This document shows positions 1 to 7,494 of a DNA stretch of 32,000 nucleotides, piece after piece. Position 1 is the stretch's first letter; every line of letters begins with the position of its first letter. The stretch comes from Allobaculum fili (GTDB taxonomy: Bacteria; Bacillota_I; Bacilli_A; Erysipelotrichales; Erysipelotrichaceae): positions 82,138 to 114,137 of the forward strand of contig NZ_JAHDSX010000002.1 in assembly GCF_020969955.1 (NCBI RefSeq), in the 5' to 3' direction. A program made the translations under genes and the position numbers. Under the pieces are notes generated by a model. The model saw only the letters and a program-made list of their open reading frames with translations. It had not been told where the DNA came from and did not search any database.

Positions 1-219
1 GATTCGGCTCTTGCTGAAAATGTTATGGAGCAAAGCTTCTTTTTCTATATATCCGTCCACTTCGATTGCAAACTGACGGGTTAAAGCTGTCACATTTGAA
101 TAGCCGTTCTTTTCGAGGTTATACATTCTCTCCTCAAACCTTGAGCTTCCGGTCCTGCCAATTTTGATCAAACCCGGAACAGCCGTAGACATTACATACA
201 AAATCCCTCTCGCCATCAT
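1..219 (-). CDS. T5orf172/GIY-YIG-like domain protein, first 73 codons only (the gene runs off the left edge)
   Basis: Not in the ORF track because there is no stop in the window. The reverse complement of 219..1 reads MMARGILYVMSTAVPGLIKIGRTGSSRFEERMYNLEKNGYSNVTALTRQFAIEVDGYIEKEALLHNIFSKSRI. A purine-rich SD-like stretch (revcomp of 221-230 = AGAGGAAATT) precedes the ATG. The GILYVM..PGLIKIGRT pattern resembles T5orf172-type phage proteins, from memory only. Confidence 0.5.
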   Translation of the reverse strand, partial: MMARGILYVMSTAVPGLIKIGRTGSSRFEERMYNLEKNGYSNVTALTRQFAIEVDGYIEKEALLHNIFSKSRI

Positions 220-233
220 TAATTTCCTCTTAG

Positions 234-266
234 CCAGATTCTGTTTTTGAAAGAATCTGGTTTTTT
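234..266 (+). promoter_or_regulatory. Perfect 9-bp inverted repeat CCAGATTCT-N9-AGAATCTGG followed by T6, in the divergent intergenic region
   Basis: Read directly: arms at 234-242 and 252-260, T-run at 261-266. It could be an operator or a + strand terminator/attenuator. Confidence 0.4.
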
Positions 267-318
267 CTTGTCACAAATCTACCTTCCTCACGGCTACCCA
301 GTGAAGGAGGTAATCATC

Positions 319-588
319 ATGGATGAATTCCAAAAAGAACTTCTCAATGTTCTGAACAGAATTGCCGACGCTCTTCACGCATCAAAGCCTGCTTCGGTCA
401 CTCCTACTGCACCCGAGCAGCCAAAGCTCTCGCTTGAAGAAGTCAGAGCAATTCTCGCTGAAAAATCCAGAGCCGGTTTTACAGCAAAGATTCAGCTGCT
501 GCTTGAAAAGTATGGTGCAAGCAAACTTTCCAAGATTGATGCTGGACACTATCAGGCTCTTGTCAAAGATGTGGAGGAGCTGAAATGA
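319..588 (+). CDS. Small phage/element protein of unknown function (89 aa)
   Basis: ATG at 319 is preceded by GAAGGAGG (304-310). The stop overlaps the next start (ATGA at 585-588). The ORF-track start at 247 has no SD. Confidence 0.6.
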   Translation: MDEFQKELLNVLNRIADALHASKPASVTPTAPEQPKLSLEEVRAILAEKSRAGFTAKIQLLLEKYGASKLSKIDAGHYQALVKDVEELK

Positions 589-1694
589 GTCATAGCATAC
601 TTTCTCCATCCTCGTCCCATCGTTGGCTTCATTGTACGCCATCCGCAAGGCTTGAAGAACCCTATCCGGATACTTCCGGTCTTGCAGCCAAAGAAGGAAC
701 AGCCGCTCATGCCCTGTGTGAGTACAAGCTGAAGACAGCGCTCGGCATGAAGTCGACTCGTCCCGAATCTGATTTCCAGGATGAAGCAATGGAACAGCAC
801 TCGGACGAATACGTCTCCTGGATTCTGGAAACCATCAAGGATGAGATCAAACCGGTCATCATGATCGAACAGAAACTCGACCTGTCCGCTTACGTCCCAG
901 AAGGCTTTGGAACGGCTGACTGCATTATTGCCAGTGATAACAAACTGCATGTGATCGACTTCAAGTACGGATTGGGTGTGTTGGTCAATGCAGAAAACAA
1001 CACCCAGATGATGCTGTATGCACTTGGTGCTCTTGAACTATTCGATGCCATCTTCGATATCGATACCATCGAAATGACAGTTTTCCAGCCGCGCAAAGAA
1101 AACATCAGCTCCTGGACCATCACACCGGATGAGCTGAAAATCTGGGCTCATGAGGTTCTCAAGCCTAAAGCAGAACTTGCCTTTAACGGCAAAGGCGAAC
1201 TTTGCAATGGTTCCTGGTGTCAGTTTTGCAAAGCTGCAGCCAAATGCAGAAAACGCGCAGAGGCAGCGCTGGAATTGGCCAAGGATGAATTCAAAGATCC
1301 AACAAGCCTTTCTGATGAAGAAATCGAAAAAATTCTTCCCAAGCTGGATGATCTGATCAAATGGGCAGAAGAGATCAAAGAGTACGCCCAGCACAAAGCC
1401 CTGCAAGGGAAAAAGTGGAATGGATTCAAGCTTGTCGCTGGCCGTTCCAATCGCAAGTACGTAAGTGAAGCCAAAGTCATCGCCGCCTGTCAGGCTGCCG
1501 GATTCACAGACATCTACAAGAAAAGTCTGAGAACCATCACAGATATGGAAAAAGTCATGACCAAGCCCGTCTTCCAGGAGATTCTAGGAAACCTGGTCAC
1601 CAAACCAGTCGGAAAACCAACCCTGGTCCCTGTCTCAGACAAACGAAAAGAAATCGAATTTACGGAGGAAACTGAAAATGAAAGCAAACACTAA
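585..1694 (+). CDS. DUF2800-family PD-(D/E)XK (Cas4-like) nuclease
   Basis: 369 aa. Nuclease core GTADCIIASDNKLHVIDFKYG and C-terminal Cys cluster CNGSWCQFCKAAAKC. It sits in the typical position upstream of DUF2815 and PolA. Confidence 0.85.
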   Translation: MSHSILSPSSSHRWLHCTPSARLEEPYPDTSGLAAKEGTAAHALCEYKLKTALGMKSTRPESDFQDEAMEQHSDEYVSWILETIKDEIKPVIMIEQKLDLSAYVPEGFGTADCIIASDNKLHVIDFKYGLGVLVNAENNTQMMLYALGALELFDAIFDIDTIEMTVFQPRKENISSWTITPDELKIWAHEVLKPKAELAFNGKGELCNGSWCQFCKAAAKCRKRAEAALELAKDEFKDPTSLSDEEIEKILPKLDDLIKWAEEIKEYAQHKALQGKKWNGFKLVAGRSNRKYVSEAKVIAACQAAGFTDIYKKSLRTITDMEKVMTKPVFQEILGNLVTKPVGKPTLVPVSDKRKEIEFTEETENESKH

Positions 1695-2223
1695 AGTCGT
1701 AACCGGTAAAGAAACCCGCCTGTCCTACTTCAACGGATGGAAACCTGTCTCCATCAATGGCGGAGATGAAAAATACTCTACCCAGATCCTGATCCCCAAG
1801 GATGACCTGGATACACTGGCCGCTATTGAAAAAGCGGTGGACGCAGCCATCGAAAACGGTCTGGCCAAATTCGGTGGCAAGAAGCCAAACAAACAGGCTA
1901 TCAAGCTCCCACTGCGTGATGGCGATATCGAACGAGACGACGACGTCTATAAAGGCCACTACTTCCTGAATGCTTCCAGTACGGAAGCTCCACAGATCGT
2001 TGACCGTCGCGTTCAGCCAATCCTTGACCAGAGTGAGGTTTACTCCGGCTGCTATGCCAGAGTTTCTCTGAACTTCTACGCGTTCAACTCCAATGGCAAT
2101 AAAGGTGTCGCCTGCGGTCTGGGCAACATTCAGAAGATCAAAGACGGTCCTCGTCTGGGTGGCAGAACAACCGCAAATGACGACTTCGTCAGTGAGGATG
2201 CCGACGATGACTTCCTCTCGTAG
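1678..2223 (+). CDS. DUF2815-family phage protein (SSB-like)
   Basis: 181 aa. The sequence VVTGKETRLSYFNGWKP...LPLRDGD...FYAFNSNGNKGVACGLGNIQK matches my memory of DUF2815. GGAGG SD lies 9 nt upstream, and the start overlaps the previous gene by 17 nt. Confidence 0.85.
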   Translation: MKANTKVVTGKETRLSYFNGWKPVSINGGDEKYSTQILIPKDDLDTLAAIEKAVDAAIENGLAKFGGKKPNKQAIKLPLRDGDIERDDDVYKGHYFLNASSTEAPQIVDRRVQPILDQSEVYSGCYARVSLNFYAFNSNGNKGVACGLGNIQKIKDGPRLGGRTTANDDFVSEDADDDFLS

Positions 2224-4132
2224 GCTGTTCATCGACATCGAGACCTCTTCTACGACCGACTTATCCAAAGCGGGCGTTTACCGCTATGCAGAGAGCGAGG
2301 ATTTCCAGATCCTGCTCTTTGCATTTTCCTTTGATGGTGATCCTGTGGATGTGATCGACATGAGGCACTTTGAAGCACTGCCTGATTTTCTAATCGAAGC
2401 CATTCTCGATCCGGATGTGACCAAAGTGGCGCATAATGCGGCGTTTGAAAGAATCTGCCTCTCCCGGTATTTTCGCGATCTTGGAATGCTTGACGAATAC
2501 GAGTTTCTTGACCCGGAAGACTGGCAATGCTCTATGGTACACGCAGCAACACTTGGACTACCGCTTTCTCTTGACCAGCTCTCTGAGGTTCTTCAGCTGG
2601 AACGACCAAAGCTCAAGGAAGGCAGAGCGCTGATCAAAATGTTCTGCAATGGTCCTGTTGAAAATGAAGATCCAGCAAAGTGGAGTCTGTTCAAGGAATA
2701 CAACAGACGCGATGTGGAAGCAGAAATTGAGATCGAACGACGGTTGATAAAGTTTCCGGTCAGAGCGTCTATATGGACGGAGTACCAATTGGATCAACGA
2801 ATCAACGATGCTGGTGTTCTGGTCGATATCAATCTTGCCAAAAATGCTCTGGAAATTAGTGAGACAGCCAAAGAATCGCTGCTCAAACGTCTTCAGGAAA
2901 TGACCGGATTGGAGAATCCAAACTCACCCTCACAGATGAAAGAGTGGCTTTTGCAGCAGAATCTGCCAACAGACACTCTCAACCAGAAAGCCATGAAGGT
3001 ACTAATGGAGAAAGCCTCTAACAATATACGAACCGTTCTTGCTCTTCGTAACCAGCTGGCTATGGCCTCGGTTAAGAAGTATGAAGCCATGCTCAACTCG
3101 GCTTGTTCGGACGGACGAATTCGCGGGATGTTTCAATTCTACGGAGCCATTCGCACAGGCAGATATTCCGGAAGAATTGTGCAGCTCCAGAACCTCCCCA
3201 GGAACAAAATGCCGGATCTCAAAGAAGCAAGAAGTCTTGTTGCCGATAAGAATATACAAGCTTTGGAAATGCTGTATGACGATATTCCCGACACGCTTTC
3301 TCAACTCATCAGAACAGCTCTTGTTGCTCCTGATGGAAAAGACTTCATCGTCGCTGACTTCTCCGCTATCGAGGCCAGAGTTCTTTCCTGGCTGGCAGAA
3401 GAAGAATGGCGCCAGGCAGTCTTCAAAGAGAACGGCGACATCTATTGCGAAACGGCCAGCCGAATGTTCAAGGTTCCCGTCGTCAAACACGGTGTGAACG
3501 GTGATCTCAGACAGAAAGGTAAACAAGCAGAATTGGCCTGTGGCTATGGTGGCTCAGTAGGAGCCATGAAAGCCATGGGTGCATTGGATTTCGGAATGAA
3601 GGAAGAAGAACTCAAACCACTGGTTGATTCCTGGCGTGAAGCCAATCCGAAGATCGTGAAGTATTGGTGGGCAGTTGATGCTGCCATCAAGAAAGCGATC
3701 AGGACCAAACAACCGGTGTTTCTAAAGAACCTGGTCTTCTCTCATTCGTCTGGCATCCTCTTCATTCAGCTTCCTTCTGGCAGGTCACTGGCTTACCCAA
3801 AACCCAGGATCGAGAGCAATGAATATGGAACAGAATCGGTGACGTACATGGGGCTAGGTTTAAACAAGAAATGGGAGAGGCTGGAAAGCTATGGTCCGAA
3901 GTTTGTCGAAAACATCACCCAGGCTATCTCAAGAGATCTTCTCATGAATGCCATGAGCAACTGTCAAAAATACAAAATCGTCGCTCATGTCCACGATGAA
4001 ATCATCGTGGAGGCAGATCCCAGCATGAACGCTGAAACGGTCTGCCAGAAGATGTGTGAGCTGCCATCATGGGCAAACGGTCTGGTGCTCAATGCCGAAG
4101 GGTACAGAACTCCCTTCTATTGCAAAGATTAG
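2207..4132 (+). CDS. Family A DNA polymerase with 3'-5' exonuclease domain (phage type)
   Basis: Exo I motif LFIDIETSS, pol motif A DFSAIEARVLSW, motif B RQKGKQAELACGYGGS, motif C HVHDEIIVE. Start chosen at ATG 2207 (GAGGA at 2194-2198, 8-nt spacer) rather than 2093, which lies deep inside the DUF2815 gene. Confidence 0.9.
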   Translation: MTSSRRLFIDIETSSTTDLSKAGVYRYAESEDFQILLFAFSFDGDPVDVIDMRHFEALPDFLIEAILDPDVTKVAHNAAFERICLSRYFRDLGMLDEYEFLDPEDWQCSMVHAATLGLPLSLDQLSEVLQLERPKLKEGRALIKMFCNGPVENEDPAKWSLFKEYNRRDVEAEIEIERRLIKFPVRASIWTEYQLDQRINDAGVLVDINLAKNALEISETAKESLLKRLQEMTGLENPNSPSQMKEWLLQQNLPTDTLNQKAMKVLMEKASNNIRTVLALRNQLAMASVKKYEAMLNSACSDGRIRGMFQFYGAIRTGRYSGRIVQLQNLPRNKMPDLKEARSLVADKNIQALEMLYDDIPDTLSQLIRTALVAPDGKDFIVADFSAIEARVLSWLAEEEWRQAVFKENGDIYCETASRMFKVPVVKHGVNGDLRQKGKQAELACGYGGSVGAMKAMGALDFGMKEEELKPLVDSWREANPKIVKYWWAVDAAIKKAIRTKQPVFLKNLVFSHSSGILFIQLPSGRSLAYPKPRIESNEYGTESVTYMGLGLNKKWERLESYGPKFVENITQAISRDLLMNAMSNCQKYKIVAHVHDEIIVEADPSMNAETVCQKMCELPSWANGLVLNAEGYRTPFYCKD

Positions 4133-4141
4133 GAGAACAAC

Positions 4142-4549
4142 ATGGTCAGCAAGGAAAACAAGAAAACCATCATTGAAATGCGAAAAGCAAACAAAAGCTA
4201 CGACTACATCGCCAGCCAGCTTAGTCTGACAAAGTCTGCTGTCCAAAACGTATGCAGACAGGCAGGGCTTGCGGGAAAGAAAGCCAAGCAGCGGAAAAGA
4301 TGCAAACAGTGCGGAGCTCTTCTTCCTGAGGATGCTCCCAAAAGAAAGATCTTCTGTTGTCAGAAATGCCGTGAAGACTGGTGGAACAAGCATCAGCATC
4401 TGGTCCATAAACGAAATCCAGTCATCACCTACTGCAAAACTTGTGGCAATCCCATCGAGAATTACAAGAGCTATCAGAAGCAATATTGCAATTCCCATTG
4501 CTTCCACATGGGCAAATTCGGTCGCGACAAAGCCGTAAATTTGAAGTAA
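4142..4549 (+). CDS. HTH plus Cys-rich (Zn-ribbon-like) small DNA-binding protein, a possible regulator or recombination accessory factor
   Basis: 135 aa. N-terminal HTH-like segment KSYDYIASQLSLTKSAVQNVCRQ, then CKQCG...CCQKC and CKTCG...CNSHC pairs. It sits directly upstream of the recombinases. Confidence 0.6.
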   Translation: MVSKENKKTIIEMRKANKSYDYIASQLSLTKSAVQNVCRQAGLAGKKAKQRKRCKQCGALLPEDAPKRKIFCCQKCREDWWNKHQHLVHKRNPVITYCKTCGNPIENYKSYQKQYCNSHCFHMGKFGRDKAVNLK

Positions 4550-4619
4550 TCCTAACGTCGAATTTACTGGATAATACGGCCTTTCAGAGTGATATATGGA
4601 CCAACGAAAGGAGATCCAC

Positions 4620-5816
4620 ATGATCAAACAACTGAAACGGGTCGCAGCCTATTGCAGAGTTTCGGTGGAATCCGAGTTGATGCAGTCTTCCATTACAAAT
4701 CAGATCGCCCACTTCACCAACAAGATCAATGACAATCCGCTCTGGCAAAACGCAGGTGTGTTTGCAGACTACGGCATCAGCGGTACCAACACAAAGAAGC
4801 GGCCTCAATTCAACCGGATGATTGCATTGGCCTTGCAAGGCAAGATTGATCTGATTCTGGCCAAGTCTATCCAACGATTCGCCAGGAACACCGTCGACCT
4901 TTTGGCAACCATCCGCCAGCTGAAAGAACACAACGTGGAGGTGTTTTTTGAGAAAGAAAACATCTCCACGTTCAGCCATGATGGAGAATTCATGCTATCC
5001 ATCATGGCTTCTTTTGCCCAGGAGGAAAGCCGAAGCATATCCGACAACATCCGCTGGGGTATTAAGAAGCGCTTTGAACAAGGCATTCCAAACGGACGAA
5101 ATCCAGTCTTTGGTTACGACTGGAAAGGTGATGATCTGATCGTGAATGAGACCGAAGGCTGGATCGTCACAAAGATGTTTCAAGATTATGCCGACGGAAT
5201 GCGGGTTCGAGACATTCAGGAATGGATGAATCAGACCGGAGTGAAGACCCGGAAAGGCAATGGCTTCATGCCTGCAACGATCAAAGCCATGCTTGCTAAC
5301 CCAACCTATACTGGAGTGCTGCTGCTTTGCAAAGAATACGTCGGTGATCCGATTCTGCATGATAGGCATAAGAACCAGGGAGAGCTGCCGCAGTACCTGG
5401 TCGAAGACCATCACGAACCGCTGGTGGATGAAGAGACCTGGACAAGAGCGCAAGAACGGACCGAACAAAACCGGCGTTCAAATATGAACCGAAAAACGGT
5501 CAATGCTTTTACCGGAAAACTGAGATGCAAAGAATGCGGACGAAACTTCCAGCGAATTATCCAGCACTACAAAGAACGAAGTTACATCTATTGGCAGTGT
5601 TACACAAAACGCTGCCAGCTAGGTGAATGCCATTCCTTGAATCTTGATGAAGAGACTCTAGAACAGATCGCTACCAAAATGCTGGAAATGAAAAAGTTCG
5701 ATCCCACCATTTTTCGACAACAAGTCGAAGTCATCGAAGTCGAACCAGACGGAACCTTGGAGTTCCACTTTACAGATGGAAGGAGAAAGACATGCAAGTA
5801 CGAAAAATCCCAGTAA
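4620..5816 (+). CDS. Large serine recombinase (shorter paralogue, 398 aa)
   Basis: Resolvase-type N-terminus VAAYCRVS...ILAKSIQRFARNTVD, a recombinase domain, and a Cys-rich Zn-ribbon CKECG...CYTKRC. Start at ATG 4620 (AAAGGAG at 4607-4613, 6-nt spacer) is preferred over 4596. Confidence 0.85.
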   Translation: MIKQLKRVAAYCRVSVESELMQSSITNQIAHFTNKINDNPLWQNAGVFADYGISGTNTKKRPQFNRMIALALQGKIDLILAKSIQRFARNTVDLLATIRQLKEHNVEVFFEKENISTFSHDGEFMLSIMASFAQEESRSISDNIRWGIKKRFEQGIPNGRNPVFGYDWKGDDLIVNETEGWIVTKMFQDYADGMRVRDIQEWMNQTGVKTRKGNGFMPATIKAMLANPTYTGVLLLCKEYVGDPILHDRHKNQGELPQYLVEDHHEPLVDEETWTRAQERTEQNRRSNMNRKTVNAFTGKLRCKECGRNFQRIIQHYKERSYIYWQCYTKRCQLGECHSLNLDEETLEQIATKMLEMKKFDPTIFRQQVEVIEVEPDGTLEFHFTDGRRKTCKYEKSQ

Positions 5817-7366
5817 CCAGAACGATGGCCAGAGTTCAGCCAATCATCGCCAGAAAGAACGTAGCCGCCTATGCCAGGGTTTCTACCGACCGGGATGAGC
5901 AGCAGACCAGCTATGAAACCCAGGTTTCCTACTATGAGAACATGATCCGCGAACGAGCGGATTGGAACTTCGTGAACGTCTATACCGATGAAGGCATCAG
6001 CGGAACCAGCACAGCCCACCGTGAAGGCTTCAAGCAGATGATCCAGGACGCACTGGACCACAAGATCGACTTGATCATCACCAAGTCCGTCAGTCGGTTT
6101 GCCAGAAACACGGTTGACTCACTGACAACCATTCGGGAACTCAAAGAACACGGCGTGGAGGTCTACTTCGAAAAAGAGAACATCTGGACCTTCGATGGCA
6201 AAGGAGAACTGCTGCTGACGATCATGTCCTCCCTGGCGCAGGAAGAAAGCCGCAGCATCTCCGAAAACGTGAAGTGGGGTGTCCGGAAGAAATACGAAGA
6301 AGGCTCCTACCGCATCCCCTACGGAAACCTCATGGGCTATACAAGAGCTGAAGACGGTGGTGTCATGATCGTTGAAGAAGAAGCCAAGATTGTCCGGTTG
6401 ATCTTCAAGATGTTTCTGGAAGGCAGTACCTACACGGACATCAAGAACTACCTGGAAAGCCAGCACATCAAGACCAAGTTTGGTCGAGATAAATGGGATA
6501 TCCGAGTGATCAAGCAAATGTTGATGAACGAGAAATACAAAGGTGACCTGCTTCTCCAGAAAGTCTACACGCCAGACTTTATCACCAAGAAGCAGGTCAA
6601 GAACAAGGGCGCCATTCCTTCCTATTACATCACCAACTCCCATCAGGGAATCATCAGGGTGGAGGACTTCGACAAAGTCCAGAAGATGATCAAGGACCGT
6701 AAATACAGGTTTGGTAAAGAGCGACTCGGCTGCCATACACCATACCCATTCAGCCACCGAGTTCAATGCGCTATCTGCAAGTCCTGGTATACCAGAAGTG
6801 TTACCACCCGGTCGAACGGAAAGAAAGTGCCAGTGTGGTTATGCTGGAAGAACAAGTATGAAAGCGAGCAGCGTTGCCCATCACATCAGGTGATGGAGAC
6901 TGTGTTGGAAGAAGAGTTTGTGATGGCGGTAAACGAATTGCTCCAGGACAAGCAAAGCATCCTCGATGAATGGAGCGAGAAGTTCAATACCACCTACAAC
7001 ATTGACAAGCTCCAAACCAAAGCCGATCGCATCCAGACAAGGATGGAGAAAATCGCTGAGAAAGCCGAGAAGCTGATCGAACAAACACCTACCAACTTCA
7101 ACGAAGCCTACAACCAGCTGCTGATTGAATACGAGCAGCTTGATAAAGACCACGCAAAGCTGGCAGCCAAAATCAGGGATCTGCAATACGAAGGCGAACG
7201 AACACAACATTACCTAGAACTTCTTCAGAAACTTGACCACGTGTACGCGTTCGATGGCGATCTGGTCAGAGCGATGGTCGACAAGGTGATGGTGTACAAG
7301 AACCGGACGCTGATGTATTGCTTTGTAGGCGGTCGGAAGATCAAGCGAGAACCGGTGAAGAAGTGA
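5792..7366 (+). CDS. Large serine recombinase (524 aa, with C-terminal coiled-coil)
   Basis: VAAYARVSTDRDEQQTSYETQ, ITKSVSRFARNTVD, Zn-ribbon CAICKS...CWKNK...C, and a heptad-like C-terminal region. AGGAG SD is present. It overlaps the previous recombinase by 25 nt. Confidence 0.9.
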   Translation: MQVRKIPVTRTMARVQPIIARKNVAAYARVSTDRDEQQTSYETQVSYYENMIRERADWNFVNVYTDEGISGTSTAHREGFKQMIQDALDHKIDLIITKSVSRFARNTVDSLTTIRELKEHGVEVYFEKENIWTFDGKGELLLTIMSSLAQEESRSISENVKWGVRKKYEEGSYRIPYGNLMGYTRAEDGGVMIVEEEAKIVRLIFKMFLEGSTYTDIKNYLESQHIKTKFGRDKWDIRVIKQMLMNEKYKGDLLLQKVYTPDFITKKQVKNKGAIPSYYITNSHQGIIRVEDFDKVQKMIKDRKYRFGKERLGCHTPYPFSHRVQCAICKSWYTRSVTTRSNGKKVPVWLCWKNKYESEQRCPSHQVMETVLEEEFVMAVNELLQDKQSILDEWSEKFNTTYNIDKLQTKADRIQTRMEKIAEKAEKLIEQTPTNFNEAYNQLLIEYEQLDKDHAKLAAKIRDLQYEGERTQHYLELLQKLDHVYAFDGDLVRAMVDKVMVYKNRTLMYCFVGGRKIKREPVKK

Positions 7367-7379
7367 GAAACGCAGAAAA

Positions 7380-7417
7380 GGGCTGGCTCCATGTGAGGGT
7401 GGAGTCAGTCCTTTGGT
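7380..7417 (+). terminator. Candidate rho-independent terminator after the second recombinase
   Basis: GGGCTGGCTCC (7380-7390) pairs with GGAGTCAGTCC (7401-7411), including two G:U pairs, then CTTTGG. The T-tract is weak. Confidence 0.4.
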
Positions 7418-7494
7418 CGTTATTTCACAAAATCCATCAGCCATTCTTTCCTGTTAAAGAGGAAGAACACCAATAGTATTTCTACTGCACTGGC

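Larger units (their letters stand above)
1..7417 (+). mobile_element. Right arm of an integrated phage-like / SCC-like element (replication module plus paired serine recombinases). The left part lies outside the window and the exact right boundary is unknown.
   Basis: Phage-type replication genes and two tandem large serine recombinases form one co-directional string with overlapping stops and starts. A terminator-like hairpin follows the last recombinase. Confidence 0.6.

Noticed and set aside
2093-2206. Upstream extension of the polymerase ORF, or a possible programmed frameshift fusing DUF2815 to PolA
   Set aside because: No slippery heptamer was seen. A normal SD plus ATG at 2207 sits immediately before the ExoI motif. 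The extension overlaps the DUF2815 coding sequence in another frame.
1660-2268. 202-aa - strand ORF, together with similar antisense ORFs at 3002-3526, 4067-4627, 6119-6766, 24907-25512 and 30725-31537
   Set aside because: All lie fully inside well-supported genes on the opposite strand and have non-protein-like composition. They are typical shadow ORFs.
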